NCBI GenBank assembly: GCA_043228905.1 | Contig: JBHGNT010000006.1 | Span: 17,236,001-17,300,000, forward strand | Source of the DNA: Azolla caroliniana | Lineage: Eukaryota; Plantae; Polypodiophyta | DNA length: 64,000 nt | Direction: 5' to 3' | Shown here: in pieces, positions 37,093 through 52,400 of the stretch | Numbering within the stretch: the stretch's first letter is position 1 | How the letters are laid out: each line of letters starts with the position of its first letter | The notes under the pieces: model-generated | What the model was told of the DNA's origin: nothing | The model's input: the letters and a program-made list of their open reading frames with translations, nothing else | The model's database searches: none | Position numbers and translations under genes: made by a program

Positions 37093-39000
37093 CACACACA
37101 TAACTCACATCTCTTCCGCTTCATAAGAATCCATCTCTTGATTCTTTACACCCCCCCCACTCTTCTGATCACTCGGTATTTATATAGGCCTCCATGCTTC
37201 CTATTTCTAGGAAGCATGGCGCATTACAATCGTTCCTCATTAAATACTCGACGTTATAGTAACGCTGCATTCGGTTCCTGCCTAACTCCCTTTATTTTGC
37301 TTTTTTTGCTTGGCTCCTTGTCTCTTTTCTCACCTTGTCCCATCGGCGTGATCCCATCTATACATTTGTTATTTATACCACGTGTCATATTCATAAGAAC
37401 TACAAACATATATGTTTTTACAAATATAACACATATATGTCTTCAATCCGTAGTATTTTTTATTTGCATCGTGGCAATTAGAAAACTACATTTTTACATT
37501 ACCCAACCCCAAACCTAGTCATGAAGACATAACACAATAATGGACTGGCCATCTATCCCTAAGAAGACCAATGTAGCATGTCACATGTTACTACATATTG
37601 AGCTCTTTTTGCAATGATGGTATCATGGCGATCCTGTAACAAATTAGCAAGCTACAAGATATTGGATGTTGTACACAACCAAGACATGTACACAACCAAT
37701 TGGATATTAAATGTCCAAAAAAGACATCATTTGACATTGAATGTAACGGAATCATTGAATGTAGCTTATATGATATGACATGTGGCATAAATAACAAAAT
37801 TATAGATGTGACCACATATGTACACATAGACGAATCCTAATTGACGATATAAGACAATGGCAATGTAAACGTGATATGTAATAAAGGCCTTTGGCCTCTT
37901 CATGTCAAAATTGAGACAAGGTAGTAAGAGAAAGAGCGAGAGAAAGAGTGATGGATGATAGACATAGACGAGATTGCGGTAGGTAGAGTGTGTGAGAGAG
38001 AGTAACTATGAAAGGAAATATGTATTAAGATAAAGTGATCCAAGAGAGAGCTTACTTGGAGAGCTCGAGACTAGTGTTGAATCGCTAAATCCATATGTAT
38101 ACACATACACATCTATGCATACACACATAAAAAAGTAGAACACATTCTACTCTTAAGCACAAGAGTGAGAATTAAGTCATTCAATTTCTAGAAACCTTCA
38201 TTAGCAATATGACCAAATCCATCTTCTTTGGTTGAAGACTTTGGTGGTCCTACAATCCTACTTGCATCTTTCACACCCTTCTCTCAAATTCACCAACACA
38301 ATTCACATCGATAATGAACATGTGATGATGTCTTTTGTAACAATTCATAGGTACAACCATCATTGAACAATACAATAAAATATAGAAATTCATTCGAATG
38401 TGGCCACAATAATATCTTGCATCCCCATCCTTCCCCTCAACAGTTCTTAAGTATCCGGACACAAGTATGGTTTCACAAAAGAAGTCAAAGTTGTCTTGGG
38501 TTTGTTAATGATCATCTTGCCAATTGATTGTCATGGACACAAATTGAGAATAAGTATTTGGACTAGTCGATATTGTGTAATAATGTATATACACATGTTT
38601 GTATTCTAAAATAGCTTAGGGCCTCAAGTTATTCTATAATACAAACAATTTCTCAAAGGGTTGGGACATTGGGGATTATGGACTTTTCAATATCATGTAA
38701 CCATGCATGTAGGCTTCAAACATAACAAGATATATTCTAGGGGACGCTTAAGCCAACTTTGTATGATTTTCATATTAAGTATCAATGCCATGATTATATA
38801 GTCGTTGCATGTACAACAATTAGCTATACAAATAAAATGTTTGACCAACCGATTATAGGTGTCTCATGTGTACACATGTAGGCGTGGATATGAAGATATC
38901 AAGTGCAAGAGCATAATCATCACTTTGAATATGATGGATTTTACTAATTTTCATATATATTCTACTATCATTTATATACAAATCTATTTTATATCATTTC

Positions 39001-39568
39001 GGTTAGGATTTCGGTCCCTCCAGATGGGATATGAGTACCCGGCAACGGAAGACCCGGTGAGAACCGGATGATGAGTACCTAACAAGGAAGACCCCATGAG
39101 AACCAGATGACACAGGCCCGGTGAGAACCTCTCACCGGATGAAGGGACATAGATATAAATATGTTTCTGTTAGCCCATTGTGGCTATATTTGTAAATAGC
39201 CTGAAAGTCATATTAGTATAGATATGACCTAGGGCAAACACTATTTAGAGTTATTGGTGTAACTGTTGTACAGAGCATAACAGAGAGAGAGAGAGAGAGA
39301 GAGACCTTGAACAATCTTTGTTGTAACCGCCTGTTGGCGAAGATTGAGAGCACGAGGTCGTCGCCTCTGTGACTTATTACTGTAATCTTTACATAAGGAT
39401 AGTTTGGAGCTAGCGGGCTCCCGTGGTTTTTCCTATTTAGGGTTTTCCAAGTAAACATCCTGTGTACTCTCTCTTGCTCTATTGTTTGTGTGTATACGTG
39501 CATTTCTTCCTATTCCATCTTTCTGTGGTTGATCCTAAGACTTAGTTGTGGCCGAACAATATTCCACA
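39001..39568 (+). repeat. Solo LTR related to the A/B/D/G LTRs
   Basis: Shares ggtccctccRgatggga, atttgtaaatagcc, gtggtttttcc...gggttttcca and gttgtggccga blocks; TSD and exact end unclear. Confidence 0.75.
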
Positions 39569-42084
39569 TATTCCTGTCAATTCCTAGCATTCTAAAGAGG
39601 ATAAAGAGTTCCATGCACATAACATTTGGAATATCAACCCCAAGTCATACACCCATTTTGTTTTTGTTTTGGAGGGTGAGCACACATACACATGCATGTG
39701 CAAGTGCAAATGCAAATGCACATCCATGCGCATAACCCTTTGCGAATAAAAGCAACTGAAGGGAACAAGATAAGACATGCTAGCCCACGATCATGCCCTA
39801 CAATTAGTTCGTATGATTGATCCCACGATCTAAACCAACAACTCACACTGAAACACCCAACTTTCTAAGAAACATATTTATAAAGGGTTTTGAGGCCAAC
39901 TCATCTAAAATACGATGGAATAAAACATTGTAATATTTGACATTCCTTTGAATAACATGATTATTTTTGTGCTTAAAATGGAAAATTAAATATATATCCA
40001 ATAGTATATTTTTATTTGTTTCATGATAGGCAAGGTAAGTCCACTAACAAATGGAGCATTGTCCATCAAACTTACACTATTTGTAGAACAACAAAATTTC
40101 TAAAACAACATCACATGACAAATTGTCTTTCAAGCTGATTACATGTTTGGAAGAAATGCAAAAAGTATGATCTAATAATTCATATCATCATTGTCATGAG
40201 ATGGAAATTTGCATGTAACATCAACATTAAAAGCCAACTTTCCAAAAAGTGGAATATTGAGCAATAATAACAATTAAAAGCAATTGCACTCTTGACCCAT
40301 TATCGGATTAGGCCTTTTATTAAGAAATGTAGAATAAGGATGCAATTTCAATGATTAAAAGCAGTTGCACTCTTGACACATTCTCTTGTAAGGTCGTTTA
40401 TTAAGTTGACAAAGTGATGATACATGAAGAAAACAAAGAAGAGAAACATGCTAGATATAGAGTAGAATTGTAAGTTGATAACAAGGTACTAAAAGATGAT
40501 CATTCTCAAAGTATTATTAGGCAAAAGGAAAATTGGAAATAGAAAAGAATATTAGTGTTTCAAGATTGATAGTGCATAAAGTTATCATTGTCGCCTATTA
40601 GGTTAAAAAAGCCTTTATTAATGCTCATTCATCTCTTATGACTTCATGAATCATGGTGCATTCATTAGCTCCTCATTTTTCACCCTTTCACATGATGTTA
40701 GATTGTCTCTTTCGACATCTTTATTCTAGTTTCAACACTATATGTATATTAATAACATATTTAGGCCCATTGTAGGCAGTGCCATTTGGTGATGTAGCTA
40801 TTTTTCTTAGTTGAAACATTATATTAGCTTCTTTTTTATCTTTCAACATTTAAAATTAAAAGCTTGCAAATTTTCGTAAGCTCATATCTTTCGTGTATAT
40901 TGATTGATTAGATCCTTCTTCATTTATTAATTAATGGTCCCATGGGCCATGCATGATCTCCCTCAATATAAACTTAGGGTTAAAGAGTGTACCAAATTTT
41001 GTATCTCAAAATCACTCTTTTCCGAATGACAAAATCTAATAAAAAATGAAGATTGTTTTGAAGGCACCAATGAGATGTAAGGCATGAAGAAAACCCTCAC
41101 TTTTTTTAGAAAACCGATAAATTTACTTCACATTAGTGATAAAATATATCTAAAAAAATTTGAATCACACAAATTCATCATATAAGCGAGGGCTATCATG
41201 GGGCTAAATCTAAATTATGAGTGTAGGACTATGCAATAGGTAGTTTCTTATGACAAAGTGGATAAACTTGACGCATTTGAAAAAGAAATCACCTAATCTA
41301 AACTAATATTGCTTAGTTAATTTAATTGACTTCTCTTTACAACCCATTTTCTTTGTGTTACAAGTCTAAATCAATATTTATATGGTTTTTTTCACATTGA
41401 TCTAGCCAACAAGATAATTCCTCATAGATATGTGCATTTCACATATTCATTTGTTGGGTTTACATTATTTTGATAGAAGGTACACAAAGAATGTGTTTGT
41501 GTAATAAAAGTCTCGTGTTATGACATGACATATACATAAACAGATGCCAACTCTCAAGGCTTAAAGTACCCATATAGAAGAACTAAAATGACCCTGTTTA
41601 TGACCTAAACAAAAGACTCAAGATATACGCAATAACCTACACACGTAGAAGAATTCCAAGCCTATTAGCATCACAAGGTGGCTTCAACAAAGAAGTCAAA
41701 GTTACCATATAAGTTGTATGCAAGATGGATGGTTTACGTGATGACTTTAAGTAGAAAACCAAAAGTTTACCCAATGACATATGGTAGAGGAAATCCTCCA
41801 AGGCTTGTTATAACCCAACTCGTGCATAAGTAGAACACCATACATGACTACAATTTAACATGTCCACGGCCGAACTATTATAGAAAAAGAACTCCAAGCC
41901 TTGTTATATATGTTGGATGATCAAAGGAGAGGGAGCCTGGATGATGAGATAGCCAGAGCCAAACGGTTGAAGAGAATGTATTATTCAAAGAAGTGCATAT
42001 GCAAAAGGACACATGCTAGCTCGGTAGAAGAAGAAGAAGAACTCCGAGGGCAACATCATGCCCACCCCATCAAAGACATGCACA

Positions 42085-42287
42085 CAACACCAACACAACA
42101 CAACACAACACAACACAACACAACACAACACAGGTGGTGCATTGATTGACACATACGTACATTGAGAGAGAGAGACCAGAGGAACGCAAGACGGCGGCAC
42201 CGGCACTGAAGATAAATACATATATACTGATATATGTATGTATGTATGTACATACACACATCATGCATACATACATACATACATACA

Positions 42288-42330
<43 letters not shown>

Positions 42331-42420
42331 GTATGTATGGCATGTATATGTATATTTGACTTATTTTCGGCGGAGCCAAAAGTCTCCAAAGAAGTGGAGG
42401 AGGAACAGACACAGACACAC

Positions 42421-42489
<69 letters not shown>

Positions 42490-42610
42490 AGCAGCAGCAG
42501 AGAGCAGAGAGCAGAGAGAGAGAGAGAGAGATGTATGTATGTCTGTCTGAGTATTGATCAGACACGAGGAGTGAAGGCAACGTAAAGCACAGATAGATAG
42601 ATAGATAGAT
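42085..42610. repeat. Microsatellite cluster upstream of the RING gene: (ACACA)n, (TATG)n, (CT)n, (AG)n
   Basis: Directly visible simple repeats. Confidence 0.9.
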
Positions 42611-42656
42611 CTGCGCGCAGGCACAGGTCCTTCTTCGTTTCTTCTGTCTGGTGAGA

Positions 42657-43461
42657 ATGGAAGACCAGAGATCTTCGTGCTCCTCCTCGTCACCACCAAA
42701 TGGCGCCGCTGTGGATTCTTCTTCACCTCTGCTCGCAGAGAACACCCCCCCTAGTTTAGACAGAAACATCCCTAATCCTAGTTTAGACAGAAACAACGTT
42801 AGGGTTAATGGGCTATCAGGCGCCGCCCGGTTCTTGCGCCGAGCCAGTGGAAGAAGAATGATGAGAGAACCGTCGATGATGGTAAGAGAGACCGCAGCAG
42901 AGCAACTTGAAGAAAGACAGAGTGATTGGGCCTACTCTAAACCTGTTGTCATTCTTGACCTCATATGGAACCTTGCTTTCGTCATGGTTTCTCTTATTGT
43001 TCTTTGTATTAGTATCAATGAAAAGCCTAATACTCCTCTCCGGAGATGGATCTGTGGTTATTGTCTTCAATGCATTGTTCATACGATCTGTGTTTCCTCG
43101 GAGTTTCGAAGGAGATATAGACAATATCAGAGATACCATCATCAACAACAATCACCAACACAACAGCAACAACTTAATAGAACTATTGCTGTTCAGGGTC
43201 CTTATAGGACTCTCCGATCTAATGGAGAATCTCTTGGAGACAATTCACCTGCAGATGAAACAGGGGGTGCTAACACCAGGTTTGTTTCTCCATTATACCA
43301 TCTCATTTAATCCCCTTAGTTGTAGGAAATTGTAACAATTTGCCAGTGCATCATTGGATGTTTATAAACTTACAAGTACTTTTAGAGATCTCTGTTTTAC
43401 TTGCTTAGATCATGCGTCTAGATACCTGCATTGAATTTCATTTTTACATCTATATTTGAAG

Positions 43462-43493
<32 letters not shown>

Positions 43494-46400
43494 GTCTGGA
43501 GAATTGCCTTACATTTTTACTGGTGTATCATATTTAGAGGTAGGAAAATGGAAACCAAAGATTATGTACTATCTCCATACGTCTATTCTTGTCTCCCCTT
43601 GTCCGCAAGGGGGGACATTTTTGATATCCACGACCATGCAGATTATCTTTTCTCATATCAGATTTATTTTGGGATTGCCATCCAGCTCCCTTTTCTGTTC
43701 CTTCCTATCATGGTATTTATATTTCATGTTTTTTTTTCTTAAAACATTTGGAAAGTTGGACTTTGACTACAGTATTTTGATGAATGAAGAGAAATAATAT
43801 TTACTTTGCCTCATATATTCTATTTGAGGTTATCTCATAGGAAAGCGAGTGACAGTATTAAGATGTGCGACTTCGTATTATGTATGCATCTAATGTATTC
43901 TACCCTTCATGATTTTAAGAAACTTCCCTTTCCTGATTCATATGTGGAAAGATGTGATCCATGAATTAGAAAATTTAACCCTTTAACTGCATAAATGCAA
44001 ATTTAGTTTCGTTGCAAGTATGTATGAAGCTAACCATCGTAAGCCAATTTAGTATTCACTGCAATGTATTGTGCAAAAGGCTGTTGGGTTGCTTTTGGTT
44101 TTGTAACTATAGTTTTAAATCTTAAATGTTTGCATGCTTTTCAGCTTTGCCAAACGCTTAGAGTCTATGAACACCATGTTCTCATTTATTTGGTGGATTG
44201 TTGGGTTCTATTGGATAACGGCAGGCGGTCAAGTTCTGATACAAGAAGCTCCAAAACTATATTGGTACAATGCACTAATATCATTTTGGGTCGAGTTTTT
44301 TGTTACTATGGAGAATATAAATATGTTTATTTGATAATGTTTTGCAGGTTGTCCGTCGTATTCTTGGCCTTTGATGTGCTCTTTGTCGTGTTTTGTGTTG
44401 CTCTAGCATGTGTTATTGGAATAGCTGTTTGTTGCTGCTTACCGTGTATCATAGCCATATTGTATGCAGTGGCTGATCAGGTATGCTGTTTGGTTGATTG
44501 CCAACCTCTTTTTTTGTTTGTTATTATAAGAGAATAATGTAAGAAGGTCATAACACCTTTTTTAATAGTTAGGCTATACAATATTTTTTTATGCGTTGCC
44601 TTTTCTCAATTTTTTATAAGAGACATCAGACTGTATAATATGCTATTCTTTTATCATCAATCTCATGATAGAAATATACAGCGTGCTGATGTTAATGGCC
44701 ACATGAGCGAGAGAAGGGGAGGGAGTTTGACCTGTGCACAAAATGGATACATCTATATCCACTACATTCCACCTCAGAGTGCCAAATGAAACAAAAAGAA
44801 ACCAATTTTTCTGGTTACTCCAAACTGTCCTAAACATGAATACAACATTTATACATGTGACATTTCTTTGATCTGTAGAATTATTTGGTTATTCTACACC
44901 TCTGTAAACTGACCTTTTACGTTGGGTTCCGATTGGCTAGTTTCTTTAGTTGTGTCACTTAATGATTCTGTCTGTTTCATGACTCTCTCCAAGCAATGCA
45001 TGACTGCATACTTACCTTTAAACTTCAATATTTTCTTTAGTTAACGGTCTTTCTGGGGCTTGATTTACTGATATACACAAAGGTGATAGCCTATGGTTGC
45101 CTATCTGTGAAGTAAATGAGTGAAACGGAAATGATGGGAACAGGAAAATTGTTTCAAAACTGTGAAATGCTGCATTTATTTTTTGATAGTTCTATAGCAA
45201 AAATATCTTCATACAGCTCGAAATTTAAAGAGAATTAAGACAATTTCTCAATTTAAAGCTAGTGTGGTATCCAAAATATGCTGAAATTTGAGAGAAATAG
45301 GGAGATTCCAATCATTTAAGTGAAATTCCAGAAATTATTCGATTATTGTAGATTTTCAAATCTCCGGAAGTTGAAAAGATGCAAGAAATAGGAGTCTATT
45401 TTGTGTGCCAATTTCTTACAAAGAACAGACCATTGGAAAAGCCTATTTCGTAGAATAAAACTGAGAAATAACTTTGACAAAAGTGCACGGGAGTCTGACC
45501 CTCGGAAATGTTAGGAAACAAGTGTTTTGTTTGTTTCGGGAAACCTTGGGAGAGCGTTTTTATCTATTCTGATTTCTTCTGTTTTTGTGATGTAAACATG
45601 ATTTTTTCTCCTCTGGTGCAGTATATTTGTGCATTGCCAACCTTCACATATCCTCACGTGTGAATGCTCTTCTGATTCAGACATGCTCTGGTTTTCTTCT
45701 AGCATTGACACGAGTTTCTATATTATTCCCTCCTTGATTTCCTGTTATTGCCTCTCCAATGCTTCTTGTGTGATAAAAAGCTACATAAATGCGTACTAAT
45801 GGCTGAAAAAGCTACGAAGCACAGGAAGAAATGGTTACATCCTCGTGGCTCTGTATTGCCTCTCCATTGCTTGTGAGAAAAAGTTACATAAATGAGTATA
45901 ATGGCTAAATTGTCTTATGTAATGTTTCTCAACAAAATTTGATTCAGGTCCATGGTTCCATGAATAATATAAATAGCTGAAAAACAATGCTACTCTAGGT
46001 ATGTTACCTCAGGCACGCTGAACCTATTGTGTGTGTTCTTATGAAGACATGAGTAAGCAGACAGACAAGGTTATCTATACCGTTGTTTGCATCTCTTCAT
46101 TATGCATCTGAAACATTCTCTGCTCTCACATTGTCAATGGTTTGCATTCTGCCACAATATAATGCATCTATACCATTTTTGTGTGTTCTTATGAAGACAT
46201 GAGTAAGTAGACAGACAAGGCAATCTATGCCTTTGTTCACATCTCTTCATCATGCATCTGGAACCTTCTCTGCTCTCACATTGTCAATGGTTTGCACCCA
46301 TGCTACACACTTTTCCATGTGTGCAGCATAGGTGTGGTTCCTACGATTCTAGCCAACCTGAGATTTTACTCTTACAACATACAGTTTACTCGTACATCTT

Positions 46401-49400
46401 TCTGATATGCTCAGAATGCTTTCAATCTATAGTACTCTTTGGTCATATCTAACAGAATGCAAGAGTAATGGCTTGATTACAGGAGATCTTGACTCAATCC
46501 CTATTCACATGTGAGAAAAGCTGTTAATAGCAGCAACGGAACAGTTGTTAGAACAAAATAGACACAGCCAAGCTGTGAGAAGGCTGTTAGACAGCAGTAG
46601 AAAAAATGGTTGCAAAGAGTAGAGACACAGCCAAAGAGTAGAGCTTGTTTTTAAGTAGCAACAAAAGGTAAAATCTTTACAAAAGAGGCTTGTATAGCCT
46701 ATTTATACAAAATTGGGGAAAGTGGGTGAAATGGTTGTTTGGTAGTTAAGTGACTCTTGTACTACCAAATAGGTACAATAAACTAGGAATAAGAGGGAAT
46801 ATCTGGGAAAAAGTGGAAGAGAGAAGAGGTATTTAAAGTTTTGCAGATTCTAGAGAGAGAAGGCATTTAAAGAGTTGTAGATTCTAGAGAGAGAAGAATC
46901 TAGGAAGAGAGAGAATGTAGAACGGAGATAATAAAGATGGAAGAGAGTGCAGGTCTGGAGTTGCCACCAAAATGATAGTGCACTTCGATATGTTTTGTTC
47001 TACCATGAAATGCTGAGCTATGTGCCAAGCCACGGGCACTTTGGCTGTTGGTGAAAACTGCAATAGGAGTCTTGCAAACACCAATGTGAGAAAACAATTG
47101 CATTAACCATAGCAACTCACAACAAGTATCCAAGTAAGCGCGATATTCAGCTTTTGTCGATGAAGTAGAAACTGAGTTTTGCTTCTTCGATTTCCAAGAA
47201 ATCAAGCTTGAATCTACATAAAACAATAACCAAATGTGGACTTTCCAGAATCAATGTCACTTGCCCAATCAGCGTCCGAATAGCCAACAAGCTCAATGCC
47301 ACCCCTAAAAGAGAGACCATAGTCAACTGTGTTGGCCAAATACCTAAGAACTCGAATAGCTGTTTGCCAATGACTTTGGCTTGGAGCACTTGAGAATTGG
47401 CTGAGAATACTCACGCTATAGGACACATCAGGCCTGGTATAAGTTAAGTGAAGAAGGGATCCAATTAACCTTTTATATTTCGTGATATCTTCAAATATGG
47501 GAGAATTGTCTTCACGAGATATCTTTGAGTTTGGATCCATTGGACAGGAGACATGCTATAGGTCTCAAGGAGCTTCCTGAGATACCTATATTGGTTGAGG
47601 AATATACCGCCATGTGATTGATAGACCTGCATACCTATGAAATAATGGAGAAGTCCTAGATCAGTCATTTCAAAGGTTGTTTTGAGGTTAGCGTGGAGCT
47701 CCTCGATTTTAGAAGCAAGGGACCCTGTAATTAGAGGGTCATCAACATATAATATGATCAAGCATAGCAAATTATCTTGGGAAAAAACATAGAGATTGCT
47801 GTCAGCATAACAGTTTTGAAACCCAAGAGAGAGAAAGAAGGTATTAATTCTGTCATGCCAAGCTTTGGGAGCTTGCTTAAAGCCATACAAGGCTTTGTGT
47901 AACCTGTAGACCATGTTTTTCTGCTTTGAAATCTCAAAACCTGGAGGCTGTTCAACATAAACCTCCTCTTTCAAGTCACCATTAAGGAAGGCTGACTTGA
48001 CATCCATTTGAAAGATGGGCCATTTGTTGTGAGCAGCAAGTGCAAGCGCACATCGAATAGAGGTATGCCTTGCTGTTGGAGCAAAAGTTTCCTCGTAATC
48101 CACTCCTTCGACTTGTGAGTAGCCTTTTGCAACTAAACGTGCCTTGTGCTTATCCAAAGTACCATCAACATGGTACTTGGTCTTGAAAATCCATTTCAAT
48201 CCAATGACTTGTTGATGTTGAGGCCGTGGGACCAGCTCCCATGTATGATTCCGCTCGATGGAATGAAGTTCAACTTCCATTGTTGCTTTCCACTTTGCAA
48301 GAACAAGGGCCTCTTTTGCTGTTGTGGGTTCTTGTGATTGCACAACAGTGCACAATAAGGCAAAGTTGCATGAATGAAGAGGCCGTTGTGACCTACGCGT
48401 TCTTTTCATGTTGGTCGGAGAACCAGATGTATACTCATGAAGTTCAGCATCGGAGAGATGAGAATCACGAATGGTGGCTTGAAACCACTTGGGAAGTGGT
48501 GGAAGCTGGTGTGTAGAGGGAGGGGAAACGAGTGGAGTTGAGGGAGGTTTGAATTGTTGGCGAAGTTAGAGGTTGAGTACGAGGAGATGGGGGGCTTGAA
48601 GGTGAGACATCTTCGTCTGAAATAGAAGAGTGTGGAGCAGTTGGGATCTCAACCATGAACTCAGGTGAAAGCCTAGAGTCATCCAGCTTAGACTCCACAA
48701 AATGAACATCTCTAGAGATGACTAGGGACTTTGATTCTGAATCCCATAACCTGTAGGCTCTAGATTGTGTGCTGTAACCAAGAAATTTGCATTTCTTGGT
48801 TTTGAACTCAAATTTAGTCCTTTTATGATCTGAAATGTGAACATAAACATCACAACCAAAGACTTTAACATGAGATACTGAGGACTTTACACCTGTAAAT
48901 GCTTTTGTAGGGGTCATTGCAACAACTTCTTTTGTTGGGCAGCAGTTGATGATGTAGACTGATGTGTTGATAGTTTCACCCCAAAATGAGAGAGGAAGAT
49001 CAGATTGAGATAGCATTGTACGAGCCATCTCTTGGACTGTCCGGTTCTTCCTTTACACAACTCCATTTTGTTGAGGAGTATTGGGTGTAGAAAATTGGCG
49101 AGCAATGCCTCGTTGAGAGCAGAAATGGTGGAAAGCTTGGGAGATAAACTCTCCACCATTGTTGGACTTGATCTTTCGAACGTTGTTTGATGTCTCGTTC
49201 TCAACAAGAGCTACCCATTCTTGAAATTTGGTGAAGGCTTGAGATTTCTCTACAAGAAAATAAACCCAAACCTTACGGGAGAAATCATCAATTATAAGCA
49301 TGAAGTAGCATGCACCACCAAGAGTAGTGGTTTTCATGGAACCAGAAAGATCCATGTGCACAAACTCCAAGATAGATGTTGCACGGTGAGTGGCTTCATG

Positions 49401-52400
49401 AGGGAAAGGCACCCGATGTTGCTTGCCATGAAGAAAAGCAACACATGGGGTATTGGGAGTTTTTAAAATAGGCAGACCTTCAACTAGCTGTGAAAGGAGA
49501 GCTTTTGTAGAGAATTGTCGTTGAGGTGACCGAACCTAGCATGCCACAACATGGGATCTTCTTGTGCCACCAAGGCATGAGAGCCTTGAAGAAGATGAGA
49601 TTTGGATTTTTCCAAGGTGCTATGGAAACTTTTCAGGTGATAAAAACCGCCTTCTTGTGTGCCACTGGCTACAATTTGTAGGCTGCTGGTGTCAATGAAT
49701 TCCAAAACTGAATTATCAAAGTATACTCCATAACCTTGCTTAGTGATTCGGTAGACCGAAAGTAGGTTGGCAGATAAGCGAGGCACATGTAGCACATCTT
49801 GAAGAACGGCACGTTCGTCATATGAAGAAGTGTTAAGAAACACATTACCTATATACGAAGCCTCAATGCTTGAGGCATTTCCTATTGAGATTTGGGAGGA
49901 GCTAGGCTTCACATCATGCAAAATGGATTTGTCATAAGTCATGTGTGCAATGGCACCACTGTCTACTAACCACTCATCAATGGTTGAGGTAGTTGTTCTA
50001 GTCAAATGTGAAGAATGTTCCTTAATGCCAAGGAAAAACTGTTTCTTTGGCTGAGTGGACCGAGTTTGATTTTGGTGTAGGTTGACTTTCGGTAGAAGAA
50101 GATTTATTGGCATTGTCCCTTTTCTTTTTCGGATAGTCGGGCTGAATGTGACCTTTGTAGCCACAATAATGACAGGTGAGCTCCTTGTAGGCTAGGTTGT
50201 TTGGTGGTCTTGGATTGGGTTGTAGGAGTTGCCATTTTGCTTCCACTTGCCTTTACTTTTTGCATGTAGAAGCGTCTCATTGGAAGTTTGAGCACTTTTC
50301 TTCCTTGTTGTCCTATCTTGTAGCATGCCAAAAAATGTATTCAGATCAGGTGTGTTGGGAAGAAGAGAAATTGTGTCATAAAAGGCTGAGAATGACTCAG
50401 GCAATTATCATTAGACAATGCACAAAGTTGACTTGCTTCCCAAAGAAACTAGTTCCTTTTGGAGAGTAACAAATTGCGTTATTTGATCCATGATGTTGGG
50501 AGTGTCATGAATCTTGAGATTTGCTAGTTGGCTCTCAGTAGCTATCATTTGAGCATGATTAGCTCGATGATACCTCTTTTTGATGGCTGCCCATAGCTCA
50601 TTGGCTGTCTCTTCATCTGTATCTTGAAATTGACGAGCGATGCTTGGTTTAATATTAAACATGAGGAAAGCATGAGCACGAGAATCCTTATCTAGCCAAG
50701 CTTTAATTTCAGTGTTAGATGAGCCAGCAACTGATTTGGTTGAAGAGGATGAAGTTACCGGTGGTTTCTTGTCACTACCATTGACTTCATTCCATAGACG
50801 ACGGTACTGTAGCAAGGTCATTATTTGCAGTTCCCAATCCAAGTAATTGTTCCAATCCAAGATGGATTCTTTGGGGAGTTGGGGAATGGTTGATGAAACA
50901 ATGGTGGCATGTGAGGCCATGGATATCCTCCTCGAGCTACAACTGGACGATTTACAGCAACTGTAAGTAGATGCTCAGGGTCTTTCTACTTCTCCCTAGA
51001 TGCTAGGTGAGGCTCAGATGAGGGGGAAAAAAAAAGAACCTCCTCGACAGATTTGGAAGGGTGGCTGCTAAGAGAACCTCCTCTATAGGGTTGGGAGGGA
51101 GGGATAAAAGAAGATAGGTTTTGTGCTCTTTGGCAAAAAATCAGGCTGAGGATATGGAGACCTCACTGCTTTGATACCATGTGAGAAAAGCTGTTAATAG
51201 CCGCAGTGGAACAGTTGTTAGAACAAAATAGACACAACCAAGCTGTGAGAAGGCTGTTAGACAGCAGTAGAAAAAATGGTTGCAAAGAGTAGAGACACAG
51301 CCAAAGAGTAGAGCTTGTTTTTAAGTAGCAACAAAAGTAAAAGTCTTTACAAAAGAGGCTGGTATAGCCTATTTATACAAAATTGGGGAAAATGGGTGAA
51401 ATGGTTGTGTGGTAGTCAAGTGACTCTTGTACTACCAAACAGGTACAATAAACTAGGAATAAGAGGGAATATCTTGGAAAAAGTGAAGAGAGAGAAGGCA
51501 TTTAAAGAGTTGTAGATTCTAGAGAGAGAAGAATCTAGGAAGAGAGAATGTAGAACGGAGATAATAAAGATGAAAGAGATTGCAGGTCTGGAGCTGCCAC
51601 CCTCCAACATCACAACACCTTCCTTTTATGATTCCATGACGATAAATATCATATTTGTGCATCAATACATTCTTCAATGACGGTGTGGCAAAAGACACAT
51701 TCCATATGAAATGAAACTTATAGGATGCTGAATGAAATGGAAGTGAAATATCTACCAGATTCATATTTTTGAAAGTTTCAAAATTTTCTGACCAGGGTTT
51801 TCTCTCTGCCACTTATCCTGAAGCGTATAACCATTAGAAAACTGAATATTCATTAAATTTCAGCAATTAGAACATGCAGTAGGTGCTCGAAGAATTGTTT
51901 ATGAACTGCGACAATCCAAGTACTGAGGAGGTTATGATTTGACTATTGGTTCATGAAGAGGCTTCATCACAGTTTGGATGTGAACATTCATACTCTTTAG
52001 TATGCAGGCAAAACCTATACATAAATGTTTTAGTCCAATGCATCTGAATTTGCAGCTGCAAGATCATGAACGTATAGGTAAGTTGTTTTTCTGCAGAAGA
52101 TTATGGAAGGATGGATGCATGTCTAGAAGATTGCACGCTGAAATGAAAGCTGTTGTATTTGATTTCCTTGTCTTTTTAAGTTACAGCATCGTATGCTAGT
52201 TGATGGCAGAAGAGGATAATGGTTTGACTGCATCAGAAGACTGGTAGAGAGTTGCGACTTTGTTGGGTGTAGAAAGTTAACTAGAGTTCTCTATTTGAAT
52301 GTGTTCTCTTCTTTGCAAGCTAGGGCAACATATTTAGTGAGTAATATGTATCACTTATGGGAGTGTTATGTTTAACATCCTAAATGTCTGACTTCTTACA

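Larger units (their letters stand above)
26756..37150 (+). mobile_element. Full-length degenerate copia element I, host of the TIR element
   Basis: LTRs 26756-27150 and 36752-37150; PBS tggtatcaaagc at 27151; PPT gaggggg before 36752; TSD cccct/ccccc. Confidence 0.94.

Noticed and set aside
37160-41900. Short ORFs in the AT-rich intergenic region
   Set aside because: No conserved motifs or consistent exon structure seen, apart from the solo LTR.
41901-42796. ORFs with RERERE, SLSLSL and CCVVL runs
   Set aside because: Microsatellite translations upstream of the RING gene.
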